From Chthonomonadales bacterium (GTDB lineage Bacteria > Armatimonadota > Chthonomonadetes > Chthonomonadales > Chthonomonadaceae), in NCBI GenBank assembly GCA_038217285.1, contig JBBQPO010000031.1, forward strand, positions 1 to 31,797: 31,797 nucleotides of DNA, read 5' to 3'. Of the stretch, positions 8,711 through 16,729 are shown one piece after another. The number at the start of each line of letters is the position of its first letter. Position 1 is the first letter of the stretch. The notes beneath the pieces were generated by a model, which was not told the DNA's origin, ran no database searches, and saw only the letters and a list, made by a program, of their open reading frames with translations. Position numbers and translations under genes: made by a program.

Positions 8711-9313
8711 GAATTCTACGGAATAGGCCGAAAGCTCAAGGGGAACTATGGTCACTCCCTTTGTGGCCAATAAGTTAACGATCATGGCTGTGGCGTCGGC
8801 GCCGTTTAGTTGCTTTCGCTCCATGAGAACGTTTGCCAGGAGGCCCACAGTGAACCGAAATGCCTCATCAGACAATAATTGCTGTGCCACTCCTGCCAAG
8901 GCAACCATCTGCTGTCTACGCCATGTTTCCTTTACATCTTCTGGTGTGTTGGCCGACAGCGTCAAGCTGACGAGCATATGTGCTAACTCATCAATATCGT
9001 CGTGGTCATTGAAGCCTGTTGATACGTCGTAGTCGGTAAAAACAGGCTTATTAACTTGAACTCCAATTAGCCCGGCGTATCCTTCAACTATTTTACGCCG
9101 GAGAAGGCTACAGGCAATTACCGGGCTATAGTTGGGGACAGGGTAGATTGTAAGCGTATTGCCGGTGCTGTTCTCATTCTGTACCCATTCTCCGCCGGTA
9201 TCCAGTGTGCCAATGCCCACATGCTTGTTTCTTCCACCTAAAAGTATTCCTGCTACGGCATGACCAGCCTCGTGGTATGCCGTCTGAATCATTTGCTCCT
9301 CTGTAAGTTCCAT
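8684..9313 (-). CDS. HEXXH zinc-metalloprotease-like protein (M41/M50-like, no AAA domain)
   Basis: 'TAYHEAGHAVAG' motif, 'YAGLIG', C-terminal 'LANVLMERKQLNG' like the FtsH protease domain. Confidence 0.75.
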   Translation of the reverse strand: MELTEEQMIQTAYHEAGHAVAGILLGGRNKHVGIGTLDTGGEWVQNENSTGNTLTIYPVPNYSPVIACSLLRRKIVEGYAGLIGVQVNKPVFTDYDVSTGFNDHDDIDELAHMLVSLTLSANTPEDVKETWRRQQMVALAGVAQQLLSDEAFRFTVGLLANVLMERKQLNGADATAMIVNLLATKGVTIVPLELSAYSVEFLQTVQERE

Positions 9314-9425
9314 GATCTATCCTTATACTGAGAACCACATTCTGATTTGTCCACATTGATAGAGGCGCGGTCAGGGACACCGTTCCCGTTGTGAGCATTA
9401 TAGCAGGTTGCTATTATTCCGATAC

Positions 9426-9478
9426 TTGACAGGTCTGCACGAATGTGGTACATATTTCTGGTATATGAGAGGAGGTGA
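9426..9478 (+). promoter_or_regulatory. Sigma70-type promoter and SD of the TA operon
   Basis: TTGACA (9426-9431), 17 nt, TGg-TACATA (9449-9454); GGAGGTGA SD at 9471-9478. Confidence 0.55.
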
Positions 9479-9484
9479 GTTCAA

Positions 9485-10054
9485 ATGTTTGTGGTATTCG
9501 ATGTCGATAGATGTGTGGAGGCTGCAGGAGTCCTGTTTTCGACAACGGAAGCGAAGATGATGGGTCGTCTGAGACTGCTCAAATTGCTTTACCTGGCAAA
9601 TAGGCAGAGCCTAAAAGAGACTGGCGATCCCATTGTAGATGATGACGCCATCGCGATGAAACATGGTCCTGTTCTGAGCCATACCTATAATCTCATCAAC
9701 GGTACGGATAGGAATGACAAGGCCCTTGCCGCCTGGAACGAACACTTTAAGGTCGTGGATTGGATTCAGATAAAGATGTTGAGTGATCCTGGCACCGGTC
9801 ATCTGTCCGACTACGATGTCAAAACGCTGATTAAGATCGCGTTTCAATACAAGGATGCAGAAGACGACGATCTCTCTGAACTCACTCATACTTTTGATGA
9901 GTATAAATGGCATTGGGATGGCAACCACAAGTCGGAACCGATCCCTGAGCGCGACCTGCTGAGAGGAATTGGCTACACGGTGGAAGAGACCAACGAGATT
10001 CTTGGGGAGGCAAAGGTGTATGCCACCGAACAGGACGCACTCGGATGTCGATAG
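9485..10054 (+). CDS. Panacea (SocA/DUF4065) domain antitoxin
   Basis: 'RLLKLLYLANRQSLKETGDPIVDD...AMKHGPVLS', 'LSDYDV', 'LSELTHTFDEY'. Confidence 0.88.
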   Translation: MFVVFDVDRCVEAAGVLFSTTEAKMMGRLRLLKLLYLANRQSLKETGDPIVDDDAIAMKHGPVLSHTYNLINGTDRNDKALAAWNEHFKVVDWIQIKMLSDPGTGHLSDYDVKTLIKIAFQYKDAEDDDLSELTHTFDEYKWHWDGNHKSEPIPERDLLRGIGYTVEETNEILGEAKVYATEQDALGCR

Positions 10055-10476
10055 AGGCGGGTGGTGCGTTCATTTGTAACGATGAGGAACTTACTGAAGA
10101 CAATCAACATTTGTGGGTAATCCTCTCTGATCCGGCGGTCTATCCAGAGTGTGTCGTCATAGTCAATCTGTCCAGTTCCAGCAACAAACGTTATGATCCC
10201 GCATGTAATCTAAAACAAGGGGATCACTGGTTTGTAAGACACCCATCATTCGTATACTATCGTGGGGCGAAAGTGCTGACCTCCCAGAAGTTGGAAGAGG
10301 CCAATATAAGCCATAAAACGTCTGTAAGTTCAGAGGTTCTTGCCCGCATTCGTGAGGGCGCAGGTAAGACCGATCGCCTTCCTCGTCATATTAAGCAGCA
10401 CTTGATTGAGCAGGGGATTTTCCCATCTGAGGAAACGGCAGGCAACGGAGAAATAGGTGAGGAGCCGAACAAATAG
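10045..10476 (+). CDS. Putative toxin partner of the Panacea antitoxin (PemK/MazF-like fold)
   Basis: Overlaps the antitoxin stop by 10 nt; pattern 'HLWVILSDP...VVIVNLSS...GDHWFVRHPSFVYY...VSSEVLARI'. Confidence 0.6.
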   Translation: MSIEAGGAFICNDEELTEDNQHLWVILSDPAVYPECVVIVNLSSSSNKRYDPACNLKQGDHWFVRHPSFVYYRGAKVLTSQKLEEANISHKTSVSSEVLARIREGAGKTDRLPRHIKQHLIEQGIFPSEETAGNGEIGEEPNK

Positions 10477-10533
10477 ACGTCTCCTTGTTTTCTGATCCTT
10501 CTGGCGTAGATTTTTCAGGGGCCATGCGGATGC

Positions 10534-10563
10534 TTGACAGCGGGCAGGGTTGGCGTGTATAAT
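10534..10563 (+). promoter_or_regulatory. Consensus sigma70 promoter driving the T-box leader
   Basis: Perfect TTGACA (10534-10539), 18 nt, TATAAT (10558-10563). Confidence 0.85.
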
Positions 10564-10626
10564 GCCGGTCAGTGAAGAATTACGGCGTGTTGCTTCGCGG
10601 AAGCGGCGTCGGATCAGAGAGTTGAG

Positions 10627-10919
10627 GCTTTGAGAAGGTGGAGTAAGCGGGCAGCGCGGTTACAGCGAGTCGGGATGGTGTGAGCCGATACAAGCGAACC
10701 TGCCGAAATGGCCTTTGAGCCGCGACCGTGAAAGGCGAAAGCCGAGTAAGGGTCTGCCGGGGGGCTCCCGTTACAGGGTTAGGGTGTTCGGAATGCGCCC
10801 GCATTACCGCGCACCCGCTGAGGTCGTCATCCGTGAGGAGGCGATGAAAGCAGGTGGAACCACGAAGGCAGTGCCTCTCGTCCTGTGCATTATTTGTGCA
10901 TGGTGGCAAGAGGCTTTTT
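10627..10919 (+). ncRNA. T-box riboswitch (transcriptional), specifier AUG/Met
   Basis: Stem I: AAGG(10635-38)/CCTT(10712-15), AGTA loop-E (10642-45), AGCGA bulge (10664-68), GGTGTGA distal loop (10677-83), GAA-ATG-G (10705-11). Stem II has a GAA/AGTA S-turn; CCGTTA at 10768-73; T-box AAGCAGGTGGAACCACG at 10848-64; then a terminator. Confidence 0.93.
10873..10919 (+). terminator. T-box intrinsic terminator, mutually exclusive with the antiterminator
   Basis: GCCTCT(10873-78)...AGAGGC(10909-14) followed by TTTTT. Its 5' arm overlaps the antiterminator 3' strand (CTCGTCCTG pairs with CAGG...ACGA). Confidence 0.85.
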
Positions 10920-10986
10920 GGCGTTTCCAGACGCCTCGCGCCCCGCGAGCAAGACCCCGTCGAGCGGGCGATAAGGAGCGAGATCG

Positions 10987-12243
10987 ATGTCGAAAGTGCT
11001 GGGAATGCGCTGTCGGGAGTGTGGACAGGACTATCCGACACGCCCTATTCATGTCTGTGAACTCTGTTTCGGGCCCCTGGAAGTGGTGCTGAACTGGGAG
11101 GAGATCACCCCGAAGATCTCCCGCGAGAAGATCGCCGCCGGTCCGCCCTCCATGTGGCGCTACTGGGATCTGCTGCCCGTCGAAGGGCCGCCGACCGTCG
11201 GCAAGCATGTCGGCTGGACGCCGCTGATCAAGGCGGAGCGTCTGGGGCATGAGCTCGGCCTGAAAAACCTCTATATCAAGAACGACGCCGTCAACTATCC
11301 CACGCTCTCGTTTAAGGATCGCGTCGTCGCCTGCGCCCTGACCAAAGCCCGCGAGTTCGGCTACGACACTGTGGCCTGCGCCTCCACCGGTAACCTGGCC
11401 AACTCCGTGGCCGCCCACGCTGCCGAAGGCGGGTTCCGCGCCTACATCTTTATCCCGCACGATCTGGAGCAGGGCAAAGTGCTGGGCACCCTGATCTACG
11501 GCGCGAACGTCCTCTCCGTCACCGGCAACTACGACGAGGTGAACCGCCTCTGCGCCGAAGCCGGCGACAAGTACGGCTGGGCCTTCGTCAACATCAACCT
11601 GCGCCCCTACTACGGCGACGGCTCCAAATCGTTCGGCTACGAGATCGCCGAGCAGTTGGGCTGGAAAGCGCCCGACCATGTGGTCGTGCCCTGCGCGGGC
11701 GGATCGCTCATCAGTAAGATCTACAAAGGGCTGAACGAGTTCGACAAACTCGGCCTGATCGATGGCGGCGTGCCGACGAAGATGTACGCGGCGCAGGCCA
11801 AAGGCTGCTCGCCTATCACGACCGCCATCAAGACCAACGCCGAGGTGTTCCGCCCGCAGAAACCCAATACCATCGCCAAATCGATCGCCATTGGCAATCC
11901 CGCCGATGGATATATGGCCATGGATACCGTCCGCAAATCTGGCGGCTGGGCCGACGACGTGACCGAAGAAGAGATCATCGACGGGATCCGACTGCTCGGC
12001 CGCACCGAAGGCATCTTCACCGAAACCGCCGGAGGCGTCACCGTCTCCGTCACCAAGAAACTGGCCGAACAGGGCCGATTCAAACCGGACGAGATCGTCG
12101 TCATCGCCATCACGGGCAACGGCCTCAAAACGCAGGAGGCGGTCGTCGGCAAACTGGGCGAAACGTTCGGCATTCAGCCGAATCTGGCCTCCCTCGAAGC
12201 CGCCCTCAAAACCGAAAAACTGCTGGCTGGCGTCGGCACGTAA
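10987..12243 (+). CDS. thrC: Threonine-synthase-like PLP enzyme (possibly O-phosphohomoserine sulfhydrylase)
   Basis: N-terminal CRECG..CELC, PLP lysine motif PTLSFKDR, ACASTGNLA, TIAKSIAIGNPADG, ITGNGLKT. Confidence 0.85.
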   Translation: MSKVLGMRCRECGQDYPTRPIHVCELCFGPLEVVLNWEEITPKISREKIAAGPPSMWRYWDLLPVEGPPTVGKHVGWTPLIKAERLGHELGLKNLYIKNDAVNYPTLSFKDRVVACALTKAREFGYDTVACASTGNLANSVAAHAAEGGFRAYIFIPHDLEQGKVLGTLIYGANVLSVTGNYDEVNRLCAEAGDKYGWAFVNINLRPYYGDGSKSFGYEIAEQLGWKAPDHVVVPCAGGSLISKIYKGLNEFDKLGLIDGGVPTKMYAAQAKGCSPITTAIKTNAEVFRPQKPNTIAKSIAIGNPADGYMAMDTVRKSGGWADDVTEEEIIDGIRLLGRTEGIFTETAGGVTVSVTKKLAEQGRFKPDEIVVIAITGNGLKTQEAVVGKLGETFGIQPNLASLEAALKTEKLLAGVGT

Positions 12244-12272
12244 ACGTTTGCCCTTAGAGGAGCATGAGCAAT

Positions 12273-12548
12273 ATGGCAGTCAATGTATTAATTCCGACAC
12301 CGCTGCGGAAGTTCACCAACAATCAGGAGACCGTGACGGTCCCGGAAGGCACCGTCACCACGCTCGTCGAGGCGCTGGAACAGCAGTTTCCCGGCATCAA
12401 AAAGAGCCTGACCGACGACTCCGGCGAGCTGCGCCGCTTCGTCAACATCTACGTCAACGAAGAGGACATCCGCTTCCTCGAAGGCAGGGAGACGCCGATC
12501 AAAGAGGGCGATGCTGTCTCGATCATTCCTGCCATCGCCGGCGGTTAA
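12273..12548 (+). CDS. MoaD/ThiS/CysO ubiquitin-like sulfur carrier protein
   Basis: 'V.IPTPLRKFT', 'LRRFVNIYVNEEDIRFL', C-terminal IPAIAGG; ATG 12273 is properly spaced from GAGGAG. Confidence 0.92.
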   Translation: MAVNVLIPTPLRKFTNNQETVTVPEGTVTTLVEALEQQFPGIKKSLTDDSGELRRFVNIYVNEEDIRFLEGRETPIKEGDAVSIIPAIAGG

Positions 12549-12598
12549 GGCTGCCAGGGTCGTTGTGAGCCTCGTTGTCGGGAAGGAATAAGGGGATC

Positions 12599-13597
12599 AT
12601 GGAAGAGGGGATAGAGCCGGAGCGGGTGAAGGAGCAAGGGGAGCGGCTGGTCGCGGAGATCCGCAAGGTGATCGTCGGGCAGGACGATATCGTGCAGAAC
12701 CTGCTGATCTCCCTGTTTGCGCGGGGCCACTGCCTGCTCATCGGGGTGCCGGGACTCGCGAAGACCCTGCTGGTCCGCACCCTGTCACAGGCGCTCTCCT
12801 GGGAGTTTCGGCGGATCCAGTTCACCCCCGATCTCATGCCCTCCGACATTCTGGGAACGGAACTGCTGGAGACCGACCCGACGACCGGGCAGCGGCATCT
12901 ACGCTTCGTTCCCGGCCCGATCTTCGCCAATGTCGTGCTCGCCGATGAGATCAACCGCACGCCGCCCAAGACACAGGCGGCGCTGCTCGAAGCGATGCAG
13001 GAGCTCAGCGTCACCATCGGCGGCAGGACGCTGCCGATTGCGCCCCCGTTCTTCGTCGTCGCCACCCAGAACCCTATCGAGCAGGAGGGCACCTATCCTC
13101 TGCCCGAAGCCCAGCTCGACCGCTTCATGTTCAGCCTGACCCTCACCTACCCGACGCAGGCCCAGGAAGAGCAGATCGTCGGCGCAACCACCACGGATAA
13201 CGAAGCGCAGGCCCTGCCGGTCTTCGCCCGTGAGGAGCTGATCGCGCTCCAGCATCTGGTGCGGCAGGTGCCGGCGTCTCCCCATGTCGTCTCCTACGCT
13301 GTGGCGCTGGCCCGAGCCTCGCGCCCGCACGAACCCGAGGCCCTGCCCTTCATCAAGAAGTATGTCGAGTGGGGAGCAGGGCCACGCGCCTCGCAGTATC
13401 TCGTGCTCGGCGCAAAAGCCCGTGCGATCCTCATGGGCAAGCCCGCCCCCACCGCCAACGATGTGCGCGCCGTCGCCACCCCCGTACTCAGCCACCGTAT
13501 CATCCGCAACTACGCTGCCGTCGCCGACGGTATCACCTCCGCGCAACTCGTCCACCAGATCGTGCAGAGCGTTCCCGAACCCAGTTATACGCGCTGA
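12599..13597 (+). CDS. moxR: MoxR family AAA+ ATPase
   Basis: GVPGLAKT, RIQFTPDLMPSDILG, LADEINRTPPKTQAALLEAMQE, ATQNPIEQEGTYPLPEAQLDRF. Confidence 0.93.
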   Translation: MEEGIEPERVKEQGERLVAEIRKVIVGQDDIVQNLLISLFARGHCLLIGVPGLAKTLLVRTLSQALSWEFRRIQFTPDLMPSDILGTELLETDPTTGQRHLRFVPGPIFANVVLADEINRTPPKTQAALLEAMQELSVTIGGRTLPIAPPFFVVATQNPIEQEGTYPLPEAQLDRFMFSLTLTYPTQAQEEQIVGATTTDNEAQALPVFAREELIALQHLVRQVPASPHVVSYAVALARASRPHEPEALPFIKKYVEWGAGPRASQYLVLGAKARAILMGKPAPTANDVRAVATPVLSHRIIRNYAAVADGITSAQLVHQIVQSVPEPSYTR

Positions 13598-13800
13598 ACA
13601 AGCCTGAACAGGCATCGCCCCGTGAACGACACAGGAATCGGCGCGTAGTAGGTATAATGTGGGAGCAACGCGGCGAGTTTGCCATTTTTAAGATTTCTCG
13701 GGCATCGCTTGCGTAAAAAGGACTAATTTGCTATCCCTGTGAAATGACGGCGTATGTCGGCTTCGCAGGACACAGCAATCCCGTGGAGTGCCAAAGCATC

Positions 13801-15879
13801 ATGCCTGAATCGCGCCCGCCTCTCGATCCTGTGGAGAGTTCGCCGTTCGCTCAAGTCCAGCCGCAGTCGGCAAGCCTGATAAAGACTCTGCGCCGGTTGG
13901 TCTTCGGCAACCCGATCTCCAGTCAGAACGCCGAGCACACCCTGCTGCCGAAGGTGCTCGCCCTGCCTGTTTTTGCCTCGGATGCCATCTCATCCGTAGC
14001 GTATGCCACGCAGCAGATCGTTCTGGTGTTGGGCGCGGCGGGTCTCTATACGGCAGCGCACCGCGGCGACTACACACGCTATACCATGCTGATCACCGGG
14101 ATGATCGTCGCGCTGCTGGTGATCGTTGTGCTCTCTTACTGGCAGACGATCTTCGGCTATCCCAGCGGCGGCGGATCGTACATCGTTTCGAAGGACAACC
14201 TGGGCGTGATACCGGGGCTTATCGCCGCCGCTGCGCTGCTCATCGATTATGTCCTGACCGTTTCGGTCTCCATCGCCTCCGGCGTCCAGAACCTGGGAGG
14301 CATTCCACTCCCTGATGGACTTCACTGGCTGCATTTCGATCACCTCGTCACCTGGTGTCTTTTTTTTATTGCCCTGCTGACGCTGGCCAACCTGCGCGGA
14401 CTCAAAGAGTCCGGCGCGATGTTTGCCATCTTCACTTACGGCTTCGTCATCATGTGCTATGTGATGATCGCCCTCGGCCTGTTCGGCCCACTCTTCGGCT
14501 GGCATTTGCATACCGAGTATATCAATGAAGCCTGGGGGCCAAGTCAGTCCGGGGAGGCGCTGGGTCTGGTGGTGCTGGCGCGCGCCTTCGCACAGGGCTG
14601 CTCCGCCATGACGGGCACCGAGGCGGTCAGCAACGGAATTCCCGCCTTCCAGCAGCCGAAGTCCCGCAATGCCGCCCTGACTTTGATCGCGATGGGCATC
14701 ATTCTCGGCACGATCTTTCTGGGTGTCTCCTGGCTGGCAATGAACCTGCATGTCGTCTACTGGGAGGATCACGGTAAGACCGCCAACGCCGTCATCGACC
14801 AGTTATCGGGCGCGATTTTCGGCAAGACCGGCACCTGGGCTCTCGGCTACTATGTGACGCAGTTCTTCACCGCCGCCATTCTCGTGTTGGCTGCCAACAC
14901 CAGTTACGCTGACTTTCCCCGCCTCTCATCGATCCTGGCCCGCGACCGCTTCCTGCCCAAGCAGTTCGCCAACCTCGGGGATAAGCTGGTTTTCAACAAC
15001 GGAATCCTCGTGCTGGGCGTCTTTGCCGCCGTTCTGATCGTGGCGAAGAAGGGCAGCGTCGATGCCCTGATCCCGCTCTATGCTATCGGCGTATTCATGG
15101 CCTTCACCCTTTCGCAGAGCGGGATGGTACGCCACTGGTACAAACTGCGGAGCACGGAGAAAGGCTGGCAGATCAAGGCCATCATCAACGGCATCGGCGC
15201 CGTCGCCACCTTCGCGGTATTGATAGACATCGCCTACGAGAAGTTTCTGGATGGCGCGTGGACTGTCATGGTGCTGATCGCGTTTATGGTGCTGGTCTTC
15301 CGCAAGATCTACTATCACTATGCCGAGGTCGCGGAAGAGCTGAAAATGGTGCACTATACCGCGCCGGAAGATATCTTCCGAAACACCGTCCTGGTGCTGG
15401 TACCTTCGCTGCACCGCGGGGTCATGCCCGCGCTGGAGTATGCGCGGTCGCTCTCCCCCGACTGCCGCGCGGTCCATATATCGACCGATCCTGAAAAGAC
15501 GCCGATGCTGCGGGAGCGCTGGGAGAAATGGGGCAAGGATGTGCCGCTCGTCATCCTCGACTCGCCGTTCCGAGAGCTGATCACGCCGGTCATGCGCTAT
15601 CTCGATGCGGTGCAGAAAGAGCGTAGCAACCATATTGTGACGGTCGTTGTGCCGGAGTACGTCCCGACGAAGTGGTGGCACGGTCTGCTGCACGGGCAGT
15701 CCGGCTTACGTCTGAAATTTGCGCTGTTGGATCGCGACGATGTCGTCGTGGCGAACGTGCGTTACTATCTGCACAAACAGGAGATGCTTCCCCTGGACGC
15801 GATGGCGGAGGAGGAAGCGGCGGTCACGGATCACGGACACGCACACGACACTCATTCCGGAACGGAGCCGAAGGCATGA
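13801..15879 (+). CDS. APC-superfamily KimA(YdaO)-like K+/H+ transporter
   Basis: About 12 TM helices; ASDAISSVAYA, YPSGGGSY, LIDYVLTVSVS, TGTEAVSNG, LIPLYAIGVF; cytoplasmic C-domain 'LVILDSPFR...VTVVVPE...WWHGLLHGQS'. Confidence 0.88.
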   Translation: MPESRPPLDPVESSPFAQVQPQSASLIKTLRRLVFGNPISSQNAEHTLLPKVLALPVFASDAISSVAYATQQIVLVLGAAGLYTAAHRGDYTRYTMLITGMIVALLVIVVLSYWQTIFGYPSGGGSYIVSKDNLGVIPGLIAAAALLIDYVLTVSVSIASGVQNLGGIPLPDGLHWLHFDHLVTWCLFFIALLTLANLRGLKESGAMFAIFTYGFVIMCYVMIALGLFGPLFGWHLHTEYINEAWGPSQSGEALGLVVLARAFAQGCSAMTGTEAVSNGIPAFQQPKSRNAALTLIAMGIILGTIFLGVSWLAMNLHVVYWEDHGKTANAVIDQLSGAIFGKTGTWALGYYVTQFFTAAILVLAANTSYADFPRLSSILARDRFLPKQFANLGDKLVFNNGILVLGVFAAVLIVAKKGSVDALIPLYAIGVFMAFTLSQSGMVRHWYKLRSTEKGWQIKAIINGIGAVATFAVLIDIAYEKFLDGAWTVMVLIAFMVLVFRKIYYHYAEVAEELKMVHYTAPEDIFRNTVLVLVPSLHRGVMPALEYARSLSPDCRAVHISTDPEKTPMLRERWEKWGKDVPLVILDSPFRELITPVMRYLDAVQKERSNHIVTVVVPEYVPTKWWHGLLHGQSGLRLKFALLDRDDVVVANVRYYLHKQEMLPLDAMAEEEAAVTDHGHAHDTHSGTEPKA

Positions 15880-16676
15880 TTATAGAAACTGCAGAGGATG
15901 TCGTCAAAATATCCGGCTCCCTGCACAAAAACCAGTGGATGACCATCAAGGCAGCCGCGAACCTGCTGCTCAACGATCATCCCAAAGGGATCATCGTGGA
16001 CTGCAGCGCGCTGACGGAGGTTTCGGAAGATGGCGCGAAGACCTTTCTGGAGGCGATGCGGGACATCGATGCGGCGCACACCCGCATCGTCGTGGTACAC
16101 TTGCCGGAAAAAGCGCTGACGGTCTTGAAGTCGGTGCCGGGGGTGCGCTCGCAGCTTCCTGTCGCCGACTCGATCGAAGAGGCGCGGGCGTCGCTACGGA
16201 TGCACAAGAACTCGGCGCAGAAACCGTCTGCCGATCCTTCGAAACGCACCGGACTGATCCTCGTCCCACTGGTCGCGGGTCTGGACCTGACCTATGGCGC
16301 GACCCTGGCAGGCCGACTGGCGCGCGGGACGCGATCGGAGGTAAGACTGGTCTACTTCCTGGAGGTGACGCGCACCCTGCCTCTCAACTCTCCCCTCCTC
16401 GAAGCGGAGCAGGCGGCCCAGGAGTCGCTGACGAAGGCCATGCAGTTCGCCAGTCAGGTCAATGCGGCGGCGACCGAGCATGTCGAGCGCGTCCGGGACG
16501 CCGCCGAGGGCATTATAGCCGCGCTGCGCAACAGTGGCGCGGAGAGCGTCGTTATGGGGGCGACGGATGAGCCGCTCGGTGGCGACGGTCACGACCGCTT
16601 CCATCATCTGGTGGACACGCTGCTGCATCGTGCGCCCTGTGAGGTCATCCTCGGTCGTCTGAAACCGCCGGTCTGA
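15876..16676 (+). CDS. STAS-like plus universal stress protein (USP) fusion
   Basis: ATGA overlap with the transporter stop; N-term 'DVVKISGSL...IIVDCSALTEVSEDG' (STAS), C-term 'ILVPL...RVRDAAEGII...VVMG...LLHRAPCEVIL' (USP). Confidence 0.8.
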   Translation: MIIETAEDVVKISGSLHKNQWMTIKAAANLLLNDHPKGIIVDCSALTEVSEDGAKTFLEAMRDIDAAHTRIVVVHLPEKALTVLKSVPGVRSQLPVADSIEEARASLRMHKNSAQKPSADPSKRTGLILVPLVAGLDLTYGATLAGRLARGTRSEVRLVYFLEVTRTLPLNSPLLEAEQAAQESLTKAMQFASQVNAAATEHVERVRDAAEGIIAALRNSGAESVVMGATDEPLGGDGHDRFHHLVDTLLHRAPCEVILGRLKPPV

Positions 16677-16729
16677 TCGCCCTCCCACTCGTTTACTCTC
16701 GTGAGAAACGGGCCTATCGAAGGAAACTA

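Noticed and set aside
10698-10700. ACC (Thr) as the T-box specifier
   Set aside because: Lies 5' of the CTGCC helix strand and before the loop-E GAA, outside the specifier position.
10580-11092. ORFs across the thrC leader
   Set aside because: The region is fully explained by the T-box RNA; the peptides have no recognisable features.
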